Shown here: in pieces, positions 26,962-36,739 of the stretch
How positions within the stretch are numbered: position 1 is the first letter of the stretch
Layout: every line of letters starts with the position of its first letter
From: Tepidisphaera sp.
GTDB lineage: Bacteria > Planctomycetota > Phycisphaerae > Phycisphaerales > UBA1924
Length of the DNA stretch: 64,000 bases
Reading direction: 5' to 3'
NCBI GenBank assembly: GCA_050916045.1
Contig: CP051526.1
Coordinates: forward strand, 1,248,001-1,312,000
Notes under the pieces: model-generated
Database searches by the model: none
The model's input: the letters and a program-made list of their open reading frames with translations, nothing else
What the model was told of the DNA's origin: nothing
Translations under genes and position numbers: made by a program

Positions 26962-28245
26962 TCACGCGTTTGAAACCTCGCGCAGGCGTGCTTGGAGCAG
27001 TTCGCGCTCGGGGGTTGAGCAGGGGAGGTCCAGGGCGCGGCGGAAGCAGACGGCGGCTTCGGCGTTTCGGCCGGCGCGGCGGAGGATCTCGCCGCGGGTG
27101 GCTTCGATGAGGTGGTAGCGGAGCGAGAGGCCCGAGACGGGGATGGCGTCGATCGCGTCGAGGCCGGCGTGGGGGCCGTGGAGCATGGCTTTCGCGGCGG
27201 CGGCGTTGAGGAGGACGATGGGTGAGGGCTTGAGGCGGGCGAGGAGGTCGTACAACCGGACGATCTGCGTCCAGTCGGTGTCGGCGAAGGTCGCCGCGGC
27301 CGCGTGGCAGCTCGCGATGCCGGCTTCGAGGCCGTACGGGGTGAGGCGGTCGCCGAGGGTGGAGCGGGCGAGGTGCCAGAAGCCTTCGCCGATGGCGAGC
27401 TTGTCCCAGCGATCGCGGTCCTGGTCCTCCATGAGCACGATGCCGCCGGTGGCGCTGGTGCGCGTGCCGAGCCGTGACCAGAGGAAGCTCGCGAGGGCGG
27501 CGAGAGCGTGGACATCGCAGCGGAGGTCCGCGGGAACGATCGTGCTTGCGAGGAGCTGTTGGAGCAGGCGGCGTGATTCTTCGAGCAGCTCACGGCGGGT
27601 GAACTGGTCGCCGTCGTGGCCCGAGTACCCCTCGTTGATGAGGAGATAGAGCGTGCCCAAGACGGTCGAGAGGCGGGCGGGGACTTCCTCTTCGCGGAGG
27701 TCGAACGAAGCTCCCGAGTCACGGAGGGTTCGCTTGGCGCGGGTGAGGCGCTGTTCGGCGGCGGCGGGGGAGAGGATGAACGCCCGGGCGATCTCTTCCG
27801 TGCCGAAGCCCGCACCGAGCGCGAGGGTGAGGATGACCTGATCGCGTGAGTCCAGCAGCGGGTGGGCGCAGAGGAGCATGAGGCGGATCGGGTCGTCGGG
27901 GCTTGGGCTTGCGGCTTCGCGCGAGTCGGCCCATGCGGCGAGGTCGCGTTGTGCGGCGTCGTGGCGGCGGTCGCGGCGTGCGAGGTCGAGTGCTTTGCGC
28001 TTGGCGACCAATGTGAGCCACGCGGCGGGGTTGCCCGGGATGCCCGAGAAGCGCCAGTGGTGGAGAGCGGCGAGAAGCGTGTCGCTGACGATGTCGTCGG
28101 CGAGGTCGAGGTTCCTGGGGCTGAGGCGTTTGACGAGGGCGGCGCGGAGGCGTGCGGATTCCTCCCGGAAAAGGCGGTCGGCGAGGGTGCCGACCGCCCT
28201 TTGCTCGGCGTGGGTCGGTTCGGGTTGGCCCGGCTCGTCGGTCAC
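26962..28245 (-). CDS. ECF sigma factor with C-terminal DUF6596/TPR extension (ECF42-like)
   Basis: PAAWL...KALDL (region 2), EIARAF...EQRLTRAK (region 4), LYLLINEGY, QDRDRWD, TDWTQIVRLYDLL; GTGA overlap with the upstream DGPF gene. Confidence 0.92.
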   Translation of the reverse strand: MTDEPGQPEPTHAEQRAVGTLADRLFREESARLRAALVKRLSPRNLDLADDIVSDTLLAALHHWRFSGIPGNPAAWLTLVAKRKALDLARRDRRHDAAQRDLAAWADSREAASPSPDDPIRLMLLCAHPLLDSRDQVILTLALGAGFGTEEIARAFILSPAAAEQRLTRAKRTLRDSGASFDLREEEVPARLSTVLGTLYLLINEGYSGHDGDQFTRRELLEESRRLLQQLLASTIVPADLRCDVHALAALASFLWSRLGTRTSATGGIVLMEDQDRDRWDKLAIGEGFWHLARSTLGDRLTPYGLEAGIASCHAAAATFADTDWTQIVRLYDLLARLKPSPIVLLNAAAAKAMLHGPHAGLDAIDAIPVSGLSLRYHLIEATRGEILRRAGRNAEAAVCFRRALDLPCSTPERELLQARLREVSNA

Positions 28246-28595
28246 TGCATCTCGTCGATGCGGCGGACGTGGGTCGCGCAGCCGTACTTGGCGTGCGGGG
28301 AGGAACGGGCGATCGCGACGGCTTCGTCGTAGGAGGCGGCGTTGATGATGAAGTATCCGCCGAGGACCTCCTTGGTTTCGGCGTAGGGACCGTCGGTCAG
28401 GACGGCTTTGGCACCTTTGCCGGTGAGGATCTTTCCGCCCTCCTCCGCGAGCTTCTGGCCGCCGACGAGCTTGCCTTCCTTGCCCATCTGCCCGGCCCAA
28501 CGGCCGTATTCCTGGATGAGCTCCTGCATCTGCTGCGGGGTCATCTGGGCGTAATCGGCGGGGTTGTCAAAGAGCATCAGCATGAACTTGGCCAT
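28242..28595 (-). CDS. YciI/DGPF-family protein
   Basis: TDGPYAETKEVLGGYFII motif; typical partner upstream of ECF42 sigma factors. Confidence 0.92.
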   Translation of the reverse strand: MAKFMLMLFDNPADYAQMTPQQMQELIQEYGRWAGQMGKEGKLVGGQKLAEEGGKILTGKGAKAVLTDGPYAETKEVLGGYFIINAASYDEAVAIARSSPHAKYGCATHVRRIDEMQ

Positions 28596-28654
28596 GGTCG
28601 GTTCTCCGCACCAGCAGGGTTGAGGATGGGCGGTGGTGCTTCGCCACAGCATAA

Positions 28655-28681
28655 CGACGCGTGGGCTGGCGACCTCCGACA
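28655..28681 (-). promoter_or_regulatory. ECF42-type promoter of the DGPF-sigma operon
   Basis: Minus strand TGTCGG-N16-CGTCG about 60 nt upstream of the DGPF ATG; matches the TGTCG...CG(A/T)C pattern recalled for ECF42 targets. Confidence 0.6.
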
Positions 28682-28764
28682 GAAATCCGGTGGAATCCGA
28701 TGATTTTCTTTGGCCATGGGTGCGGCGGATGTTCGGAACGGGTTGGCGGCGCAACAATCGTGCT

Positions 28765-29598
28765 ATGAACGTGCTGAAGACGATCGCGGAGCTGGATGCG
28801 TGGCGGGGAGAGGTCGGAGCGTGCGTGCTCGTGCCGACGATGGGGGCGCTGCACGAGGGGCACGCTTCGCTGGTGAAGCTCGCAGCGCAGAGCGGCTTGC
28901 CCGTTGTCGTGAGCGTGTTCGTGAATCCGACGCAGTTCACGGAAGCAACGGACTACGACCGGTATCCGAAGACGCTCGACGCGGATGTGGCGATTTCGCA
29001 AGCGGCGGGGGGGCATGCGGTTTGGGCACCCGGGGTTGAGGATGTGTACCCGAACGGGCGGGATGCGGGCGTGCCGGAGTTGCCCCGCGTCGCGACGGCG
29101 CCGGGGCTTGAGGATGCGTTCCGGCCGGGGCACTTTGCCGGGGTGTGCCAGGTGGTGCTTCGGCTGTTCCGGGCGGTCAAGCCGGTCGCGGCGGTGTTCG
29201 GAGAGAAGGACTGGCAGCAGCTCGCGGTGATTCGCGCGATGACGGCGATGCAGAACGGCGGGGGCGGGTTGCCGGTGGAAATCGTGCCGTGTGCGACGAT
29301 GCGGGACCCGGACGGCATGGCGATGTCGAGCCGGAATCGGTTCCTGACGGCGGAGGATCGCAGGCGCGGGCTTGCGATCAGCCGGGCGCTTCGGGCGGCG
29401 ATGGCGGAGGCGGACGCCGCGAAAGCCGAGAGCGTGATGAAGCATGTGCTTGGGGAAGAGGGGATTGTGCCCGAGTACGCGGTGGTGCGGGATGCGGAGA
29501 CGCTCGAAACGCCGCGGGCGGGAAGGCCGGTGCGGCGCCTGATCGCGGCGCGGGTGGGCACGGGGCCGGGTGCGGTGCGGCTGATCGACAACATGTGA
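28765..29598 (+). CDS. panC: Pantoate--beta-alanine ligase
   Basis: VPTMGALHEGH, SVFVNPTQF, RPGHFAGV, FGEKDWQQ, AMSSRN, RLIDN. Confidence 0.97.
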   Translation: MNVLKTIAELDAWRGEVGACVLVPTMGALHEGHASLVKLAAQSGLPVVVSVFVNPTQFTEATDYDRYPKTLDADVAISQAAGGHAVWAPGVEDVYPNGRDAGVPELPRVATAPGLEDAFRPGHFAGVCQVVLRLFRAVKPVAAVFGEKDWQQLAVIRAMTAMQNGGGGLPVEIVPCATMRDPDGMAMSSRNRFLTAEDRRRGLAISRALRAAMAEADAAKAESVMKHVLGEEGIVPEYAVVRDAETLETPRAGRPVRRLIAARVGTGPGAVRLIDNM

Positions 29599-29621
29599 AC
29601 GGGCAACTCCTACGCTTGGGC

Positions 29622-30179
29622 ATGAATGAGGATGGCACGGGGCGAGGAGATCCGAGCGTGAATGCACCCGACTCCCGAGCGCCCGGAGGTCGGCAGGAAG
29701 CTCGGCAGGAATGGTTCTCGCCGGTGGATCCTCGGCCGGGGATGGGCGAGGCCCCGGGCCTTCGGTTTTCGTGCACGATGTGCGGGAACTGCTGCACGGG
29801 GCCGGAGGGGTATGTGATCGTGAGCGACGAGGAGTGCGCAAAGCTCGCGGCGCGGTTCGCGATGCCGCTTGAGGACTTTCTCCGCGACCACACGCACATG
29901 ATGATGCACGGGCGGTCGCTGAACGAGCGGGCGGTGGTGATCGACGGGGTGACCAAGCACGATTGCATCTACCTGGATCGGGAGAAGTTCCCTGGCAAAG
30001 CCGTCTGCGGCGTGTACGAGGACAGGCCCAAGCAGTGCCGCACGTGGCCGTTCTGGCCGAGCATCCTGCGCGAGAAGGTGACGTGGGAACGAGCCAAGCG
30101 GACCTGTCCCGGGATCGACAAGGGAAACCTTGTGCCCGTCGAGCAGATCCGCATTCTGAGGGATTCGTGCTCGATCTGA
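29622..30179 (+). CDS. YkgJ-family cysteine cluster protein
   Basis: FSCTMCGNCC, DCIYL, CGVYEDRPKQCRTWPFW, CPGI. Confidence 0.9.
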   Translation: MNEDGTGRGDPSVNAPDSRAPGGRQEARQEWFSPVDPRPGMGEAPGLRFSCTMCGNCCTGPEGYVIVSDEECAKLAARFAMPLEDFLRDHTHMMMHGRSLNERAVVIDGVTKHDCIYLDREKFPGKAVCGVYEDRPKQCRTWPFWPSILREKVTWERAKRTCPGIDKGNLVPVEQIRILRDSCSI

Positions 30180-30201
30180 GCGGAGGAGCGGCGGCCGGAC
30201 C

Positions 30202-31503
30202 ATGGACCTGCTGATCCTGTTTGTCGGAGTGCCGGTGGGTCTTTCCGCGCTGATGGCGTGCTCGCTGTGGCTTGGATTTCGGTGGGATCGTGCTCGCGGG
30301 CGCTGGCGGTGCCCCAGGTGCTGGTACGACCGGCACGACGCGGTGGCGGAGGGCGGCGAGATCGGCGCGTGCCCGGAATGCGGTCACAAGCCGCGCCGGC
30401 CGGGCGACCTGCAGCGAACGCGGCGAAGCCGGCCGCTGATCCTGCTGGGCTTCTCGCTGATCCCCGTGATCGTTTGGTGGGTGGGTGCCCTCGGGGGCGG
30501 CCGGGGCCTGCTCTGGCCGATTCCGAACTTCGTTCTTGTGCGCCTGCAGGTCTTTACCGATGGCGCTGTGCGCTCGTCGTGGGTCGATCAACTGGTCCGC
30601 ACCGAGGTGGGCACGCGGCGGAACTCCGGCCGCTGGCCCGCGGAGACCGAAGCCAAGCTCGCCCAGAGCATGGCTCGCACGCCGCTGGTCCAGGAACTGA
30701 ACGTGCCGAAGCGATGGCCTGCGGGCACGCCGGTTCCGATCCTGATCGACGGGGACGGCATGCTCGGGCCGTATGTGCCGTCGCGGGTTGAGATCACGGT
30801 GGAGTCCGGCGGTGAGAGCTTCGGGCCGTTCGCGTCGCGAGATGTGGATGTGAGGCGGGTGTTTGCGAGCGCGGGAGCGGCGCGGCCGATCTGGGTCTTC
30901 TTCGCGCCGCCAACCCAGAATGGCGAGGTGGTGGTGGACGTGCGCGCGCGGTGGCGAGCGGGTCCGCAGGACGGGGATCCGTTCGTCCCGGGCGGCGTCG
31001 ATGAGACCGCGAGATTTCCCGTCGAGCCCGTCCCGGATCTGGAGACCGTGCTCGACCGCGCGCCCGAGGCGGTGACGGAGACCCTTCGCAACGGATGGTC
31101 GGTTGGTCTGGTTCGCGGCGGGATCAACGTGCGGTATCCGGAAGATGAGTCGCTCAAGGGCGTGTCGCTTGGGATGTCGCTCGAGCTTTGGTGCGGGAGC
31201 GTGCGGGTCGCGAGCGGGGAGATGTGGCTTCCGAACTTTCCGAGGGAAGCGACGACGACGGGGCAGTTCTGTGCGCTCGAGGGGCACGGCGCGACGCTGA
31301 CGACGGAGCAGATCGACCAAGGCCCGTGGGTGTGGCGGGTGCGGAGCAGCCCCATGTGGGGCGCAATCGGCGGGCAGCTTGAGTGCACGAGCGCGTGGGC
31401 GGGCGAGTTTGAGTCGCGAGCGAGCAAGCCGAGCGCTCGCTGGCTTCGGTCGATCCTGCCCGAGGAGGCACGGGCTTGGGGCGCGGACGGGGTTCCGCGC
31501 TGA
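30202..31503 (+). CDS. Hypothetical membrane protein with zinc-ribbon motif
   Basis: GGAGG SD; TM, CPRCWYD...CPECG, second TM, then a large soluble domain. Confidence 0.75.
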   Translation: MDLLILFVGVPVGLSALMACSLWLGFRWDRARGRWRCPRCWYDRHDAVAEGGEIGACPECGHKPRRPGDLQRTRRSRPLILLGFSLIPVIVWWVGALGGGRGLLWPIPNFVLVRLQVFTDGAVRSSWVDQLVRTEVGTRRNSGRWPAETEAKLAQSMARTPLVQELNVPKRWPAGTPVPILIDGDGMLGPYVPSRVEITVESGGESFGPFASRDVDVRRVFASAGAARPIWVFFAPPTQNGEVVVDVRARWRAGPQDGDPFVPGGVDETARFPVEPVPDLETVLDRAPEAVTETLRNGWSVGLVRGGINVRYPEDESLKGVSLGMSLELWCGSVRVASGEMWLPNFPREATTTGQFCALEGHGATLTTEQIDQGPWVWRVRSSPMWGAIGGQLECTSAWAGEFESRASKPSARWLRSILPEEARAWGADGVPR

Positions 31504-31504
31504 A

Positions 31505-34500
31505 TCAATCTCGCTTGGTGCGCTGCTTGGCATCCCGGAGGCGGTCCATCGTGCTTTCCTGAGAGGTCTCCGGAGTGTCGCGGCGCGGAGGAGCGGCATG
31601 AGCCGGCGCGGGAGCCTGTTTGGTTGCGGGGGCGATGGGGGGCGGAGCCGGCGACTCTGAAGCGAGGGTCTCGGCCGTGTCCTGCAGGAAAACTCCGGCT
31701 TCGCCGGCCCGGGCCGGCTGTGAGCGTCGGGAGAGTTCGTCCGAGACGCGGGCCTTGGCCAAGGAGAGCCCGGCCAGCGAGACCGGGGCGGCGGCAAAGC
31801 TTGGAGCGAGGAGGCTCATCACTCGGGCGAGGGCGCGTTCGGGGTCGATCGTCAGCCGGCGGGCGGCGACGTCGATGAGAAAGAGCGTGAGGGCGGCGAT
31901 CGCGAAGTAGAGCCAGACGGAGCGCGAGGATGTGGGCATGGTGAGATGCTCTCGGCTCCACAGTTCGGCGCCGGCGGGCGAGAGCTTGTGGAGCCTTCCA
32001 CCGGTGCGTCGAGCGACGTCCATCATGAGTTCGGCGTCGGGCGTGGGGCGGCGGAACTCTTCACCGGCGCGTCGAACGACGGCGGCGCGGGCGGTGCCAC
32101 CGCTCATGTCTCCGCCCGCGGCGGGCTGGTACCTAACGGAGACGATGTGCGTCCCGATCTCGGCGGTGGGGACCTCACCTTCGTAGGTTCCGGGGCCGGT
32201 CTGGCTGAGGCGCACCTGCCTGGACGACGCGGCGGGGTCCCGGGTCCCTTCGGTCGGAGCGACGCGAGCGGTGACATGAGCGAAGTTCAGGCGTTCGCCA
32301 GCCGGGTCGGTCAATTCGAGGCGGACGCGGGTGCGGTCGCCCCGAGATTCGACGGAGAGGCGTGCTTTGGAGTCATCCGCAGGGCGCATCACCCACTTGA
32401 GCTGCTGGGACCAGAACGCACCGAAGCCTTCCCACGCGGTCCAGGCGGAGTTCCAGCGGGTTGCGGCGTCGCTCGTGTAGGCGGTGACGCGGCCCAGCCC
32501 GTGCTGCCACTGGGCGAGGATCGGGTCGTTCTCGCGCCCGCGGAGGGCGACCGTCGAGAGGCCGCCGCGATCCGCGGTCACGATGTAGCCGGAGATCGGC
32601 GGAAGGCTCTCGGCGACCCCCTTCATCGAGTCGGCGGCGACGGAGACTGAAGGCGCGAAGGGCGCTCCCTCCCAGATCAGCGTGCGGCTGACGACTTGTG
32701 TCTCGGTGATGAAAATCCGCGGCAGGACGGCTTTCGCGTTGTCGACCTTGACGCTGTAAAACCGGCCGCCGCCGATCCGCGCGAGTGACTCAAGGAGCGG
32801 GTCGTTGGACTGGTCGCCGACGGCGACGGTCGAGATGGTGATGTTCTTCTCGCGGAGAGCGCGGGCGCGTGCGAGCCCGTCGCCGGCGTCGCCGATGGTC
32901 TGTCCGTCGGTCAGAATGACGATGTGGCGCGAGCCAGCGGAGGACTTGGCGAGCTGCGTGGCGGCGGCGTCGATGGCGGGGAACAGGTTGGTGCCGCCGC
33001 GAGGTCCGATCGCGCGGATCCGGTTCGAGATGCTCGCGCGATCGCTCGCGGAGGTCAGGGGCACGATCACTTCGGCGGTGTCGTCGAAGGCGACGATGGT
33101 GACCTGGTCGAGGCGCTTGAGCGCCTGGACCCCGAGGATGGCGGCTTCGTTCGCGAGCTGTTGCTGACTGCCGGAAGGTCCGGCCTGAGCCGCCATCGAT
33201 CCGGACCGGTCGAGGATGATCGCCAAGGCGCCCATCGGAAGCTCTCGCTTCTGCGGGGGTTCGAGCAGCAGCGGAAGCACCTCGGCAACGGGGCTGGGCG
33301 ACCACCCGCCGGCTCCGAAGCTGTCAGGTCCGCCGAGCATGAGCAGGCCCCCGCCGGCATCGGCGACGTATCGGGCGAGGGATTCCTGCTGGGCCTGGGA
33401 GAAGTTGAAGGCGGGCTGGTTGAAGAGCACCACCGCGTCGAACGCGGACCATTCCTCGAGCGTCGCGGGCCCTGAAGAAGCCGCGGAGGTCTCGACCTTC
33501 AGGTTGTCGGTTGAGATCGCGCTGACAAACGGGGCGGATGCGTCGGGATTCTCGGTGATGACGAGGATCCGCCCGCGGTCGCTGGTGAAGATGACGCTCT
33601 GCGATTGGAGGAACTGCGGGATGACGCCCGCGCTGTCGTCGGGCTCGAACACGGCTTGCAGGCGGTGAACGGAGCCAGGCGGCAGCGTGATGGGAACGGC
33701 GAGCACCTGCCTGCCGGCGTCGAGCTTGACGCGGCTGCCGGCCGCGTCCGATGCGGGGTCGAGATCGACGGGAACTCCGTTGAGCGAGAGGAGCAGCTTG
33801 CCTGACGTCGGAGCGCCGGCCGAAAGAACGATCTTGGCGCTCACCGTTTCCTCGACGCGGGCCCAGGAGGGCACGACGAGTTCCTCAAGCCGCACCATCG
33901 AGGAGCGGTCGTACTCGATGAGGGCGATGTCGACGGGGACGCCCGCGGTGAGCAGCGAAGCGGATGCTTCGGCGAGGCTTCCCGAGGTCTGGTTTCCGTC
34001 GGAGATCAGCACGAGACGGCCGGCGCTGTCGGAGGGAATGAGTGTTCTCGCGAGATCCACCCCCTGATGCAGGTTGGTGGCGTCGCCGGAGCCGGTCGCG
34101 CCGAGATCCGCCCGCGGCGCGGCGTTGGTCGGGAGGGTCTGCACAATCGCGTCCCGTCCGACCGAAACGAGCCCGAAGCGATCTTCGGGAGGACGCTTGC
34201 CCAGTGAGGAAGCGAGGAACCGCTCCGCGAGCACGCGTTGATCCGCCGGCACCGAAGCGCTGGCATCCAGCACCGCCACCACGGTGACGGTGTTCGCACG
34301 CCAGCGGACCAGAGGCTGGGCCAGCGCCGCCACCATGAGGCAGATCACACCCCAGCGGAGAGTGAGGTGGATCGCTCGCCGAGTCCCGCCGCCTCCCGCC
34401 AGCGTGCGCCTCGCTAGAAGCCATGCGGCCACGCACAGGATCGGGATCAACGCCAGCCATTCCGGTCGATCAAAGATGAGGCCCGCGGGCGACATCCCGC

Positions 34501-34558
34501 CGGGAGCCGCCCATGGGTCGGCGGCGGAAGCTCCCAATCTCGACGGCCACTCATTCAA
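31505..34558 (-). CDS. Large membrane vWA-domain protein (two vWA plus glutamine-amidotransferase-like domain)
   Basis: N-terminal BatA-like TMs, MIDAS motifs VLDASAS and ILDRSGSM, GGGLLMLGGPDSFGAGGW, C-terminal TM. Start uncertain (alternative ATG near 34495). Confidence 0.88.
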   Translation of the reverse strand: MNEWPSRLGASAADPWAAPGGMSPAGLIFDRPEWLALIPILCVAAWLLARRTLAGGGGTRRAIHLTLRWGVICLMVAALAQPLVRWRANTVTVVAVLDASASVPADQRVLAERFLASSLGKRPPEDRFGLVSVGRDAIVQTLPTNAAPRADLGATGSGDATNLHQGVDLARTLIPSDSAGRLVLISDGNQTSGSLAEASASLLTAGVPVDIALIEYDRSSMVRLEELVVPSWARVEETVSAKIVLSAGAPTSGKLLLSLNGVPVDLDPASDAAGSRVKLDAGRQVLAVPITLPPGSVHRLQAVFEPDDSAGVIPQFLQSQSVIFTSDRGRILVITENPDASAPFVSAISTDNLKVETSAASSGPATLEEWSAFDAVVLFNQPAFNFSQAQQESLARYVADAGGGLLMLGGPDSFGAGGWSPSPVAEVLPLLLEPPQKRELPMGALAIILDRSGSMAAQAGPSGSQQQLANEAAILGVQALKRLDQVTIVAFDDTAEVIVPLTSASDRASISNRIRAIGPRGGTNLFPAIDAAATQLAKSSAGSRHIVILTDGQTIGDAGDGLARARALREKNITISTVAVGDQSNDPLLESLARIGGGRFYSVKVDNAKAVLPRIFITETQVVSRTLIWEGAPFAPSVSVAADSMKGVAESLPPISGYIVTADRGGLSTVALRGRENDPILAQWQHGLGRVTAYTSDAATRWNSAWTAWEGFGAFWSQQLKWVMRPADDSKARLSVESRGDRTRVRLELTDPAGERLNFAHVTARVAPTEGTRDPAASSRQVRLSQTGPGTYEGEVPTAEIGTHIVSVRYQPAAGGDMSGGTARAAVVRRAGEEFRRPTPDAELMMDVARRTGGRLHKLSPAGAELWSREHLTMPTSSRSVWLYFAIAALTLFLIDVAARRLTIDPERALARVMSLLAPSFAAAPVSLAGLSLAKARVSDELSRRSQPARAGEAGVFLQDTAETLASESPAPPPIAPATKQAPAPAHAAPPRRDTPETSQESTMDRLRDAKQRTKRD

Positions 34559-34600
34559 CTTAGGGCTCCGGCAACGGCTTGGGCGCGGACGGCGGGCCGA

Positions 34601-35593
34601 TCAGTCGCGGTACTTGGTGTGGCATTCCTTGCAGGAAGCCGCGATGAGCTTGGACTGAGCGGCCAGCTTGATGGGGTCGGGGGTCGCCGCGCCGAGGAGA
34701 TCTTCGAGGGCTTGGGCTTCGTCCCGGCTCCGTTCCATGAAGGCTTTGAACTCGGCGGGCTTTCTCCGCGTGTACGCGTCATCGACAAGCAGGCGGTAGT
34801 GGTCCGCGAGTCGTCCGGCCTCGGCCGCGGGGACGAGGTCGGGGTGGTCAGAAGGCGCCTTCCACGCGGCTTTCTCGATGGATTTGAGGTGTTCGAAGAC
34901 CTCATCGATCTCGACCATGGCTTTGACGAGACCCTTGGGCGGGTCGACGGCGGGGAAGTCGCCCGGCACGGCGTCAATGGTCGAAGCGGAAAGGACCGTG
35001 GCGGTTGTGGCGCAGCTGTAGAGGCCCTTGTAGTTGGGAGCGGTCCCGGAGACCTTCATGCGGGCGACGCCTTGGTCGGGCGTGGACCAGCCGAGGCTCG
35101 CGGCGACGGTGGCGGCGGCGCCGGCGCTGCGGTGCTTGCCGTGGTGGCAATGGATGTAAACCGGGCCTTGGGCGAGGGCATCGCGGGAGGCGCGGACGAG
35201 TTCGAGCTTGCGCTGTTCGTTGAATCCGTTGTAACCGATGGGAAGGTGGATGTACCGCATGCCGAGGGCTTTCGCGGCTTCAACATCGGGAGCGGCGCCG
35301 TCGACGCTGATGATGGTGCGGATGCCCATGGCGGCGAGGGTTTCGAACCCGGCTTGCCCCTCCGGCACACTGCCGGACACATAGCCCTCATGGAAAGCGA
35401 CGGCGTTGTGGATTCCCGGATAGTCCTTCGCGGTCGCGTCCGACAGCGCGGGAAGCGGGATCGGGGCGCGTCCCTGCCGGCCTGTCTGGGCGGCGGGCTG
35501 GTCTTGTGAACTGCACGAGACCACGCTTCCCACGAAACCCGCAAGAACTACGGCCAGGAACGTTGAAGAGAGACGGGACAAGCTCTGGGACAT
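34601..35593 (-). CDS. Lipoprotein with CX5R phosphatase-like domain and C-terminal c-type heme motif
   Basis: Lipobox VVSC, VYIHCHHGKHRS P-loop, C-terminal CKECHTKYRD; GGAGG SD. Confidence 0.8.
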   Translation of the reverse strand: MSQSLSRLSSTFLAVVLAGFVGSVVSCSSQDQPAAQTGRQGRAPIPLPALSDATAKDYPGIHNAVAFHEGYVSGSVPEGQAGFETLAAMGIRTIISVDGAAPDVEAAKALGMRYIHLPIGYNGFNEQRKLELVRASRDALAQGPVYIHCHHGKHRSAGAAATVAASLGWSTPDQGVARMKVSGTAPNYKGLYSCATTATVLSASTIDAVPGDFPAVDPPKGLVKAMVEIDEVFEHLKSIEKAAWKAPSDHPDLVPAAEAGRLADHYRLLVDDAYTRRKPAEFKAFMERSRDEAQALEDLLGAATPDPIKLAAQSKLIAASCKECHTKYRD

Positions 35594-35684
35594 GCAACCT
35601 CCGTGACCATTGATACCGTACGTTCTTCGGCCCGGTTGCGGAGGCTCGCGAAGATGCGGAGCATCGCGGGGTGCGTTGGGTGCT

Positions 35685-36380
35685 TCAGTGTGAGGGTGGG
35701 GGAGTGCCAGGTTTGCGGCAGCGGACCACGAACCCCGGTGGCCAATTGCGATAGACGAGGCCGCTGGATTGGATCGAGGTGAAGAAACGCGGCAGGAGCT
35801 TGTAGAACCGGCGACCCGCGGGCAGCATCAGACCCAGGGGATACCCGCAGGTGATGAGCTGTCCGCCGGGGCGGAGAACCCGGGCCGTCGCCTCGAGTAG
35901 CTTGATCTGGAGCGACTCGGGAAAGCTTGCCCAGGGCAGTCCGCAGACGATCGCGTCGAGTTGCTCGACGGATTCGAGCTGGCAGAGGCGATCGACCTCC
36001 TCGGCGCTGGCGATGTGGATCCGAAGGTTGGGGAAGCGAAGGCGGAGCTGTTCGGCGAGCGCGGGGTTCCGTTCGATGGTGAAGAAGGTGCTCGACGGGT
36101 GCATCCGCTCCATGATCAGCTTCGTGAAGGCACCGGTGCCGGCACCGTACTCGGCGATCCGCGCGCCGGGGTGAAAGTCGAGCGTCTTCACCATCTCTTC
36201 CGCGAAGCGGGCGGAACTTGGCGTGAAGGACCCGAGCATGCCCGGGTTGGCGAGGAATTGCAGGAAGAAAGTGGTGAGCGGTCTGGCTGGTCGTGGATTG
36301 GCCTGTCGTGGACTGGCGTGTCGGGGTTGGGCCGCGCGGGATGGGGGTGGGACGGGAGCGGTGGAGGACGAGGTCGTCAT
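35685..36380 (-). CDS. SAM-dependent methyltransferase, PmtA-like lipid N-methyltransferase family
   Basis: FLANPGMLGSFTPSS, IAEYGAGTGAFT motif I, IVCGLPW, LRPGGQL, RNWPPGFV. Confidence 0.85.
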   Translation of the reverse strand: MTTSSSTAPVPPPSRAAQPRHASPRQANPRPARPLTTFFLQFLANPGMLGSFTPSSARFAEEMVKTLDFHPGARIAEYGAGTGAFTKLIMERMHPSSTFFTIERNPALAEQLRLRFPNLRIHIASAEEVDRLCQLESVEQLDAIVCGLPWASFPESLQIKLLEATARVLRPGGQLITCGYPLGLMLPAGRRFYKLLPRFFTSIQSSGLVYRNWPPGFVVRCRKPGTPPPSH

Positions 36381-36739
36381 GGCGTGGTTCCAAGGACTGT
36401 CGTACGTGACGCTCGTCCGCGGCTTGGAGGGGATCTTCGACCTGGACTTCTGGCGAGAATGAGGAAGGCGTGAAGCTGTTTGGACCCCTTTCGGGTTTGC
36501 GCAAGGCTGACCACCCGTGAACAGGTCTCAGTACGGCTGGCTTCTCCGGGAGTTCGCCGATCCCACAGGAGATTCCCACCGCCCGTTCGCAAGCCGAGCA
36601 TCCCACGATCGATGCGGAGGACGAGCCGGACGCGGAAGTGGTCCGGCGGGGCAACGGGGCGGGTCTGCAGAGCGAGCCCGACTTGAGGTAGACTGGACCC
36701 GCTGCCTTTCCGTTCACCTACCTCCCGAGGTTCCAACCC

